This document shows, piece after piece, positions 24,560 to 35,500 of a stretch of DNA of 64,000 bases. Source of the DNA: Mobula hypostoma (Eukaryota); assembly GCF_963921235.1 (NCBI RefSeq), contig NC_086108.1:85624001-85688000 (forward strand), in the 5' to 3' direction. How positions within the stretch are numbered: position 1 is the stretch's first letter; every line of letters begins with the position of its first letter. The notes beneath the pieces are model-generated. The model was not told where the DNA came from and made no database searches. It saw only the letters and a program-made list of their open reading frames with translations. The position numbers and the translations under genes were made by a program.

Positions 24560-25261
24560 TATACAAGATTGCTCAACTATAACTAAAATATTAATTGCAC
24601 AACAAAAATAGTTGTGACTTTTCCACCTGTGAGGGTAGTAGGTGGAGTCGTAAAGGCAAGGTTAATTAGGAATTCTGAAGGATCTTTATGCTGAAGTTGG
24701 TGAGCATATGGTCAAGACAAATAGAACAGCTACAGAGAACCAATGAAAGAAAATGCATGGCAGAAAGAAATAGAAGGATGTGTTGATGGGGAAAGATTTA
24801 TTGAGGTGGAAGAAGAACATATGGAGCAATAAATACAAGCTCAACAAGGCTCAGCTGTGCCTCAAAGTTCCTTGTAACATTCAAAAGGCTATCAAAGGCA
24901 GTAGACAGGAAGAATAAAAAGTGCACACCTGATGGCAATTATTAGTAAGCTATTTCATGTTGATGAATTTTCTATTTCTCACAACCTTCAGCTGACTCTT
25001 AGCACCCCTTATTTTCCCTGTTATGTATATTCTCCCATGACGTGAAAGTAGCCAGTGAACCTATCAAGTAGAACATCTTTGGATGTGGGATTAAACTGGA
25101 GTCCATGGAAGCAGCCTTATGGTCACAGGGGAGAATAAACGAAATCTGCACAGACTTCGCTGTGGTCAGGATCAAACATAGTTTTCTACAGCTGTGAAGC
25201 TGCAGACTGGGCTGATGAACTACTATGCCATCAGTATGTTGACTTAATAGGTATTCTAGAT

Positions 25262-25735
25262 CTAGCACATCATGGAAACGAAACCAGCCTTACCTCTTTG
25301 GAGTTTGGTTACACTTCTCACTGCCTCAGTATAGCAGCCAGCATAATCAAAGACCCCATCCACCCCAGACATTTTCCCTTCTCTCCTCTTCCATTGGGCA
25401 GAAGGTATAAAAGTCTGAAAGTGCGTACGACTAAGCTCAAGAATAGCACCTATCCCGCTGTTACAAAACTATTAAATATCTTCCTTGTACAACAAGCTGG
25501 GCTCTTGATCTCAAAACCTATCTTGTTATGATTTTGATGAATGGCCTTATTATTTACCTACACTGGACTTTCTCTGAGCCAAGTGTAATTCATTTTCTTA
25601 CACTTTGATTTGCATTTTATTGTTGTTTTAGCTGAATGCACTGTGTAATAATCTGATCTGTATGAACAGTTTGCAAGGCAAGTTTTTCACTGTATCTCAG
25701 TACATGTGACAATAATAATTCAATTCCAATTCCAA
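25262..25735 (+). mobile_element. Rex1 3' end
   Basis: AASIIKDPIHP..PLPLGRRYKSL motif; gacaataataa...(ccaatt) tail. Confidence 0.75.
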
Positions 25736-27754
25736 AAATTGATAAATTTTTGTTTACTGTGGTTAATGCTTCAAATTTGTGTTGTGGATCTCTCCAGTGC
25801 TTCGGATACCTCCTGTATTCCAATGATGTGCTGCTTGGTAGATTCATTGGCTCTTGTAAATTGCTGCTAAAATAGATGGATAGTAGAATGAGGAGGGAGT
25901 GTGAAGGGGAGGAGTTGATAAGCATGTGAAAGAGAATATGTTGTAGGAAAACGTGGGGAAATGACACTGATAGGATTGCTTGGCAAGGGTTTCTGAGAGT
26001 TCATCAAACATAATTATTCTTCTACCTAACACTATAATAGCAGGCCAGCATACTTATTGTTTTATTTTTCATTTCAGGAAGCTTGGTGAATAGTCTCCAA
26101 ACTACCTATTTTATCATAAACCAAAGGTAGTATTTGGCAGGGATTAATAGTGCATGAGCAATCAACTAGAATGTTAATAGGTTAAATACAGTAATTCACC
26201 TTTAACTGGAAGGCGCTCCACAGACATTGAGAAGTTCCCACAGGCTGTTGGAACTGGTAGGTCGACATTCCAATATTCCGTTATCAGTAAAGACAAGAAA
26301 TCAGAGATCTTACTTTGTGGTCCCCTGGATCATGGATTGTAGTTGATGGATTAAACTGAATTAAAAGTTAACTCATGGAAGGTGCTCCTCTAATTTAATT
26401 TCTGTGACATGCAAGCAAAATAAGCAGTGTTAGGGAGAATTATTGCCAAAGTTTTTAACTGCTGTCCTTTAAACAATGAAATAGAGGCACTGATTTCCAC
26501 AATGCACGGAGAACACAGATATCTCATTATCACAGCCAATGATGTTTATCTTATATCAGCCCATAGATTAGTGCAATTGGCTAATGATTTGTAAGTATGT
26601 TGAAATGACTAGTTCAATGGATAAAGGTCAAAGTGAAAGTCATGCCTTCAAATCAGAGGATCAATATTAGAAGCAATATTTAAAACATTTTTCCTGATTG
26701 CATCCTCTTTCCACAATGACGATTCCAGAGTTTTTATTGATTACTTACTCATTGAAGGCTGACGAGTGATGGCTATGATTTTATTCTTTGGTTTTATTAT
26801 TTTACATTAAAAATCTTAACAAGTTGAGAAAAATTTTGGAACAATTTCTTCACTTGTGGTAATCACATTGAAAAGAATTATGCAATTTTTTCATTGGAAA
26901 TGGAAAAATATGACATCTGAGTGATTGTGTGGAAATACTATTAACTTATACATAATAGCTTCTAATTTTAGGTACTGAATTAATGCCAAAATTACCTATT
27001 GATTGCCATCATTCAGTGCAATTTTTTGAATGCTTCTATTAATTTGATCTTTTCTCTGAAAGAGGCAAATGGAAAGAGTAAAAGAAAATGTAAAACATTT
27101 CTATAGATAAAAACTGAATTTTATTTGCAATTTATATGTATGAAAGAATACGTAAGGAAAAGGAGTTCGGAAAAATGGAAGCAGAGGTGAACTAAGAATG
27201 GCGAGCTGTAAAATAAATGAGAAGGCAGGCAGACTTCACCAGAGACTTCTGTTTATCTTGTTGTAAAAATAATGCAGGCAAAAAGTAAAACTAAATAGAA
27301 CCCACAGATGGGTCAATAATGGACTCTCATAAATCCAGCTTTATATTTCCACCCCAGATGTAAAATAATTCAGTTAAATCAGGTAGTGAACCAGTAAAAG
27401 ATGTGCCCAGATGCAATGTAATAATAATCCATCCTTCAGTATGAAACGGTGAGTCTTATGTGGATCCAATTATCTGGGACATATGTTACACAACATGCTC
27501 TCGGAAAAGAATAGGCTGAAAATCCATTGGACTTTTTTTTTAAGCAAGTATTTTTAAAACAATAGAAACAAGTTGTGATAGTTGCAATTTTGAATAGACA
27601 CCACTTACCATTCTAGGAAAATTAGCTTTGCTTGTCACATGTCCATCGAAACTTGCAGTAAAATTTGCATCAAATCAGATCAATGTGGATTGTGCCGGGG
27701 AAAGCCACAGTTGTCGCCATACCGTCAGCTTACTAACGTTAACCATACGGTACG

Positions 27755-27895
27755 TCACTGGAATTGGGAGGAAGCCAGAGCAGCCAAAGAAAACCCATGC
27801 AGTCACAGGGAGAACACACAAACACCTTACATAGAGCAGTAGGAACCGTACCTTGATCAGTGTAAAGTGATTGCGCTAACTACTACACTACCACG
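27755..27895 (-). mobile_element. tRNA-derived SINE (V-SINE/HER1-like) fragment
   Basis: Minus-strand head gtggtagtgtagtagttagcgcaatc; gggaggaagccagagcagccaaagaaaacccatgcagtcacagggagaac core. Confidence 0.65.
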
Positions 27896-28759
27896 CATAT
27901 TCATGATTACATTCTGAACAGTGATCCCATCCTAAAATAACTTTAACAACATTTCATGATAAATATTCATATATTATTGTCTCTGGCCACGTGCTCACTG
28001 TTAAACTCATCAATAAGTCCCAGCCAGCTCATTGATCTCAAAAATTAGCATTATGCAAGCTATTTCCATTTTCATATTTTTCATATTAACAACTTGTGCT
28101 TCTATAACATAGAAGAGTCTATTAGGCTTACTGAGTCCATGTTAGCTGTCAAAATCATGCTATTAATCCGTTAATCCCAATTCTCAATTTATTTCCTTTT
28201 AATATACTGTATTCTTCCTTATACATAGCCAAGTATACCTCTCTTGACAGTCACTTAAACTAGTGATAATTTGTAGCAATATTATGGATATTCAGTGCCC
28301 TTGGCTCAGGCAGGGGAGCCCTTATGATAAGCACAGCTTTCTAACAAAGCAGCTGACACTTCTAGAGATCAAAGAGCTGTTTTTGAGTAAGTTAAGCTTC
28401 CAACCAACATTGTTTGTTCATCTTCTTGTCATAAGCAGAAACCAGTCTTCAGTTCATAATGTAAATTGCAAGCAATAATCAATTTGAAGATAAAAGGACA
28501 ACTTTGTAGACAAACAACATTATCTATAGAGATACAGGCCTACAGCAACATTCAAAATATGGGTATTGGCAGATAAACATGCCAAGGAAGATAAACAGGG
28601 AAGAGATTGAGCATTTGAAGGGTAGGTAGATAAAAGAATAACTTCCGTTTAGTGAAGGTATCTGCAGCTGTCTATATCAGATAGGGCTTAAAATCTTTGT
28701 CTGACTTCAGAACTTTGTGGTCAAAAACTCAATACCATCATAGTAGCTAATTAACATAC

Positions 28760-29280
28760 TAATACGCATCTGCTCTATCACCATCTCAGTCTCCTGAATG
28801 ATCTGGAGTTAGTCAGTTCCTGTTCCTACTCCTGAACATGGTCTGTTAGAAGTTGCAGCTGGATGCACTTTTTGTAGGTGAGGTCATCAGGGACACTGGA
28901 GGTCTCCCTGCCTTCCCATATTCTGGAAGAGGAGCATTCATCTATCCTACTGCTATAACTGTGCCATGATAAAGAAGGAAGCAATAATTTAACGTACAGA
29001 TTTTTGCCTTCTCTCACAAAAGCCTCTCCTCGCAGAAGCCTCAAGGAGCTAAAGCCTCAAAATGCCCACTCTAACACTGTCCACTCCAAACATGGTCGCT
29101 TCAACAAAGGCCATGTTGCTTGCTCCCACCTTACTTTAATGTGCACTTGCTAATGAATCCCGATCACTGATCGGCCACTGTTCAAATGCTGTAACTTCTG
29201 CGAAGCACTGCACTTAATGCTCACTCGCTGACATGAGTGATACACATTTTCTCACACTCCTGATCTCTGATATTCTGCTG
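28760..29280 (-). mobile_element. CR1 5' UTR and ORF1 N-terminal zinc-finger segment, inverted relative to the adjacent CR1 body
   Basis: ECSSSRIWE..VPDDLTYKKCIQLQLLTDHVQE (ORF 28826-29044) is the CR1 ORF1 C..C.MWE...C.KC motif. Confidence 0.7.
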
Positions 29281-29780
29281 TTCAAATGCCGAAACTCAGA
29301 TCGTCTTCAGCATCCTTAAGTGGGAGGGTAGTCAGCAAGAGGTCACTGTCCACATCCGTGCCAATGACATAGGTAGATGACAAGATAAAGGACAAAACTT
29401 TCAGGGTTGTGATTTCAGGATTATTACCTGTGTCACGTGCTAGTGAGGCCAAAAGTAGGAAGATCATACAGCTTAACATGTGGCTAAGGAGTTGGTGTAG
29501 GAGGGAGGGCTTCAGATTGTTGGATAATTGGGCTCCCTTCCAGGGAAGGAGCAACTTGTACAGAAGAGATGGAGGGGGACCAAAACTCCTGGTGGGAAGG
29601 TTTGCTAGTACTGCGGGGGGGGGGGGGGTTAAAGTAGAGTTGCAAATAGATGAGAACCAGAGTGCCAAAGCAGATAGTAGAGTGGTTGTGGTGACAGATG
29701 TTGTTAAGACTAGAGACAAAGTCAGGAAGCAAAATGTTGAGCATCGTGGGACTGATGGTCTTTGTTGTGTATATTTCAAT

Positions 29781-30753
29781 TGTGACGCGGTCCTGAATTA
29801 CCCTTATGAACTGTGCTTTCGGAAAAGAGAGAGAGAGAGTTATTTAACACCGACATGTTGTTTTGAAAAGAGAGGGGGAAAGAAAGAAAGAAAGAGAGAG
29901 AGAGACGAAGACTAACTGTTGGACTGTCACTTTAAGGCACTGGAAGTAACTTCTGGATTTCTGCTGAGTTGGAGATGGCACCGAGCAGCTCGTAAGTTAC
30001 TATGGTGACCAAGGGCAGCATTATTTGATGGACAATTGATATTATGATTTTTCGGCAGCGTGTTTATACTTCTCAAGGACATTTGCCTGTTTGTACATTT
30101 CTTACACAGAGAAAGGAAGGAGGAGTTATTTGAATGACAGTTGATACTCAGCATGGTGAGATAAATAGGAGGTCAGATGATATAAACCTCAGACACATGT
30201 TTTGGACACTGAATGAGCTTTGTCGTGCCCTCAGAAAAAGTGGGGTTTTTTGGAGGATCGATCAGGCAGATCAATCAGTCGCTCTTGCAGTGAGAAAAGG
30301 GATTGACTGGTGGGGAGTTGTCCACGTGTCCAACCTTTGCCTGGGTTGATAGCTCCACCACAGAAAAGCAATCCCTTTTGTTGTGGTCACAGTCGGTGAC
30401 TTTTAAAGGATTTTGGAGGACAACGGGAAGATCGACGGGGTCAGCTCAACTAAAGACTCAAATCTCTCCCTCTCTCTCATCATTACTACTCAACTCAATA
30501 CCACGAACTGAACTGAACTTTACTCATCATCATAAGACTGTATCTTTTTACCCCTAGACTTGAAGAAGCTTGATTTTCATATATTTTACTACAGTTACTT
30601 ATATATAATCATTACTAACCTGTTTGATTTATCTACATTGGTATTACTCTGTTGCATAGTTACTAATGAATATTATTAGTTAATAGCAATACTGGACTCC
30701 AAAGTGTTTTCCATCTCTGCTGGTTCTTTATTCGCATCACGGGTTATGTGACA
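29781..30753 (+). mobile_element. Solo LTR, 973 bp, TG...CA, 4-bp TSD CAAT
   Basis: CAAT|TGTGAC...GTGACA|CAAT. Removing it restores CR1 codons CVYFN-ARSIV. Strand is inferred. Confidence 0.85.
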
Positions 30754-30877
30754 CAATGCAAGAAGTATTGTAAGAGAGGCAGATGAGCTCAGGACATGGC
30801 TCAACATATGGAATTATGATATTGTAGCCATTATCATAATATAATATGATATTGTAGCCATTAGTGAGACTTCAGTA

Positions 30878-32519
30878 CAGGTTTCCCCTGCCATCCGAAG
30901 GTAGAGCGTTCCTATGAAATGGTTTGTAAGCCGAAATGTCGTAAAATGAAGAAGCAATTACCATTTATTTATATGGGAAAATTTTGTGAGCATTCGCAGA
31001 CCCAAAAATAACCTACCAAATCATGCCAAATAACACATAAAACCTAAAATAACAGTAACGTATAGTAAAGGCAGGAATGATATGATAAATACATAGCCTA
31101 TATAAAGTAGAAATACTTTTCCACAATCATTACTGCACTGTTTTCCATAGCGAAAATCTCACGCAAGCGCCGTCAGCAGAAAATCTCACGCAAGCGCTGT
31201 TGGCAAAAACACGGCGCAAGCGCTCTCCAGTAACCTTTAAGCTATGAAGCTGCCAAATCATACAAAATAACACGTAAAAATATGCGGCCTATATAAAGTA
31301 AAAATAATGTATGTACAGTGTAGTATCACTTACCGGAATTGGGACAGTGTCGAGCACACTGATGATGGTGTGTTAGACTGAGTCGTCGCAGGTTGGGTGG
31401 TGCAGTGGCCCCCACCCTGCGGGCCACCAACTGTTACCGATCCGCGAAGCATGCAGGAGTGCAGCGGTAGCCGGGAGGCACACAGCACATCTTTAAGAAA
31501 AAAGCCGAAACAAACCTACTAATTAATTAGGTGCTGCCCAGCACGTAATTGTTGGCCCAGATCAGTGCCGATTTCCGATTGTGTTGTCTCTGATCTGGGC
31601 CGACAATTACGTGTCGGGCGGAACCTAATTAATTAGCATGTTTATTTCGGCTTTTTTCTTAAAGACGTGCTGTGTGTCTCCTGGCTACTGCTGCATTCTC
31701 CGCGAATCGGTATCTGTCCTTGGCCTGGGGGTTGGGATGGTGGGACACTGGGGTGTCATCTCGTCATCATCTGTTTCCATTTGGGCAGGCAGGTCATTTT
31801 CTATCTCTGCCCACCTCGATGTCGAAGGTCGAGTTTCGTCGTCTGCTGTGGCTGATGTGGAAGGCTTGCTTGACTGCTGAGCCTCGCGCATTTTTCTATC
31901 ACACAGTTCTTTGTAAGGACTCAAACCATCTTGCAAATATCCCCTAAACCTACGTACCCTTTCAAAATTAAATTCGTACTTTATCATTGCAACAAAAATC
32001 TCACGCAGTTGCTTCACGTTCATTTCGCTAATGAATTCGGTTTTGATTGCTATCCTTTTTTCTTCTAATTGCATCGGCTCTTCATCTATCAGATCTTGGT
32101 CATGGGATGCCAAAACCTCTTCAACATCATGTCCGTCAGCTTCCACAAGCCAAACTCACTTTGTCCTTAACTTCGTTCACCATGATCGAAACGCTTAATT
32201 ATGTCTAGTTTTACGCTAAGCGTAACAGCCTTATGAGCTCTTTTAGGCTTTTCTGATACCATAGAACTCATCTTTCATACGGCTGCTCACAGGCACGTGT
32301 TAAAGCAATGCCGTTCCAAATCCGGGGGAGAGCGGCTGCTCGGGGCTTGCGCTTCCTTTTATTGTGCGCTGATTTTTTCGTGCGCTGATTTTTTATCGTG
32401 CGCTGCTTTTTTTCGTAATAGTGAAAACACCTTCTGAAAGTGAAAACAGGGTACTAATGTAGGTCTTTCATAACAGTGAGGTTTCGTAAAGCGAACATTC
32501 GAAAAGCAGGGGACACCTG
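30878..32519 (-). mobile_element. Tigger/pogo non-autonomous DNA transposon
   Basis: TA TSDs. TIRs CAGGTTTCCCCTGCCATCCGAA and (reverse complement) CAGGTGTCCCCTGCTTTTCGAA. ORF 31685-32146 resembles the acidic Tigger transposase C-terminus (DVEEVLASHDQDL.DEE..QLEE). Confidence 0.82.
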
Positions 32520-35500
32520 TACTGCCCCTCCTGCAACCATGTCTCAGGGTTCCATTGTTTTAGCCGTAATAGTACAGGAGAGATTAAAGGGGGAGGGGTA
32601 GTGTCACTGGTCAGGGAAAATGTCATGAGAGTGTTCAGACTGGAGAATCGCCCAGTGAGACATTATGGGTGGAACTGAGGAATAAGAAAGGTATGACCAT
32701 GTTAATGGGGCTACATTATAGACCACCCAACCTTCCGTGGGATTTAGAGGAACAAATTGGTAGAAAGACTTTTGCGAGAAACAAAATGTTGTGATTGTAG
32801 ATGATATTAGCTTTCCACATAGTGACTGGGACTCCCATACTGTAAAAGGACTAAATGGGATGAAGTCTGTCAAATGTGTACAGTAAAGTTTCCTTAATCA
32901 GTAAATAGAAGTGATGATCCACTTGATCCCAATGATCCACTTGATCTCGATGTGTTCAGGAAAGTTTTCTTATTCAGTATATAGAAGTCCTAATGACACT
33001 TGATCTCCTCTTAGGGAATGAGACAGGGCAGGTGACAGAAGTTTGTGTAGTGGAACACATTGTATCTGGTGCTCATAATGTCATTAGTTTCAAGGTAATT
33101 ATGGAAAAGGATGCGTCTGGAGTTGAGATTATAAATTGGGGAGAGAGCAATTTTGATGATATCAGAAAGGATCTGCCAAATGTGGCTTAGGACAAATTGT
33201 TTTCTGACAAGGGTGTACTTGATAAGTGAGAGGCCTTCAAAAGTGAAATTTTACAAGTACAAAGCTTGTATATGCCGGTCAGAATAAAAGGCAAGGATAA
33301 AAGTTTGAGGGAGAGATTTCAAGAGATATTGAGGACGTGGTTACGAAGAAAAAAGGGGGTGCATAGCAGATATAGGCAGACAGGAACAAATAAGGTACTT
33401 GAGTGTAATATCTGCAAGAAAACACTTAAGAAAGAAATCAGGAGAGCTAAAAGAAGGCATGAGATTGTTCTAGCAGACAAGGTGAGGAGATTCCTCAGGG
33501 CTTCTGCAGGAATGTTAAGAGGAAAAGGATTGCAAGAGGCAAAATTAGTCCTCTGGAAGATCAGAATGGTTATCTGCATGGACCCAAAAGAGATGGGGCA
33601 GATCTTAAATGGATTTTTGCATCTGCATTTACTTAGGAGATGGACACAGATCCTATTGAATTGAAGCAAAGCAGTGGTGAGATCATGGATCTTATACGGA
33701 TTACAGAGGAAGAGGTGTTTGCTGTCTTGAGGAAAATCAGGGTGGACAAATTCCCAGGGCCTGACAAAATGTTTCCTTTGGGAGGTAAGCGCAGAAATTG
33801 CAGAAGCCCTAGCAGAGATATTTAAAACAGATGAGATACCAGAGGATTTAAGATTAGCTAACATAATTCCATTGTTTAAGAAAGAGTCTAGTAATAAACT
33901 AGGAAATTATATGCCGGTAAGCCTGACATCAGTAATGGGAAAGCTATTGAAAAGTATTCTAAGGGAGCCAGTATATGAGTATTTAGATAGACAGGGAATG
34001 ATTAAGGATAGTCAGCATGGTTTTGTGCATGGTAGGTTGTGTCTAAACAATCTTATAGAGGTTTTTGAGGATGTTACCAGGAAAGTTGATGAAGTCAAGG
34101 CAATGGCATTTGACAAAGTCCCACAGGAGAGGTTGGTCAAGATGGCTCAGTTGATTGGCATTCAAGATAAGGTAATAAATAGGAATAAACCTTGACTTTG
34201 TGGGAGAAGTCGGAGAGTGGTAGTAGATGTTTGCCTGTCTCACTGGATGCCACGGGAATCTGTCTTTGGTCTGTTGTTGTTTCCCATCTATATCAATGAT
34301 ATGGATGATAATGTGGTTAACTGGATCAGCAAATTTGCAGATGACACCATGATTGGGGGTGTGGTGGACAGTGAGGAAAACTATCAAAGCTTGCAATGGG
34401 ATCTGAACCAGCTGGAAAAATGGGCTGAAAAATGGGAGGTGGAATTTAATGCAGACAAGTGTGAGGTGTTGCACTTTGGGAGGAGCAACCAGGATAAGTT
34501 TTACACAGTGAGTGGCAGGGCACTGTGGAGTGTGGTAGAACAAAGGGGTCTGGGAATACACGTCTATAATTCATCGTAAGTGTCATCACAGTTAGATAGG
34601 GTCATTATGAAAGCTTTTAGTGCATTGGCCTTCACAAATCAATGTATTGAGTACAGGTGTTGGGATGTTATGTTGAAGTTGTATAAGACATTGGTGAGGC
34701 CTAATTTAGAGTATTGTGTGCAGTTTTGGTCACCAATTTACAGGAAAGATGTAAATAAGATTGAAATGGTACAGAGAAAATTTACATGGATATTACCAGG
34801 ACAGTTGGACCTGAGTTATAAGGAAAGATTGCATAGATCAGAACTTTATTTCTGAGAACATAGAAGATTGAGGGGAGATTTGAAAGTGGTATACACAATT
34901 ATGAGGGGTATAGATAGGGTAAATGCAAGCAGGCTTTTTCCACTGAGGTTGGGTTGGGATTAAAACTAGAGGCCATGGGTTAAAAGTGAATGGTGAAATA
35001 TTTAAAGGAAACATGAGGGGAATCTTTTTCACTCAGAGGGTTGTGAGGATGGGGAATGAGCTACCAGCGCAAGTGGTGGATGAGACTTTGATTTCAACAT
35101 TTAAGAGAAGTTTGGATAGGTACATGGATGCGAGGGGGTACGGAGGGCTATGTTCAAGTGCAGGTTGATGGGACAAGGCAGTTTAAATGTTTTGACATGG
35201 GTCGAAGCGCTTTCTTCTGTGCTGTAGTTTTCTATGACTCTATGACCCTACGACTGTATGACTCCGTGTGGGAGGACGATGGAGCACCTGAGCAGTAATA
35301 AGGAGAATGTGCAAGCTCCACATTAACGGCACTGGAGGTCAGAAATGAATGCTGGCTGCTGGAGCTGAGAGGCAGCGCGAAGTAGCACTGTGCCATCCTT
35401 GTCATTGGCTGTTGCCCAGGCATGGACACCCTTAGATAACAGTTTGGAATAGTTCTCCTTTTCTGACGTTACCCTCTTTGCTTGCTTGATCCTGACAACT

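Larger units (their letters stand above)
19141..24604 (-). mobile_element. Gypsy (Mag/K02A2.6-like) LTR retrotransposon, non-autonomous, pol core replaced by RBM25 cDNA
   Basis: Paired LTRs at 19141-19391 and 22731-24604 (the latter split by Tc1). PBS TGGTGACGAA at 22720-22729 and PPT GGGGAGGAG at 19392-19400. gag (EQYIEANEI..LLSSLGLKAYSLL), CCHC-like knuckle CRKCNNIGH at ~21880-21905, protease LDTGSAVS (ORF 21468-21734). Only the integrase tail (..YPTRVRNPP..-like) survives, at 19520-19690. Confidence 0.88.
29282..35255 (+). mobile_element. Near full-length degraded CR1 LINE (ORF1 esterase, ORF2 EN and RT) hosting a solo LTR and a Tigger element
   Basis: ISGLLPV..LNMWLRSWCRREGFRLLDNW (SGNH esterase), CVYFNARSI (EN start), SQHGFVHG, FADDT and RPNLEYCVQFWSP motifs; tctatgac tail. 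Confidence 0.88.
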
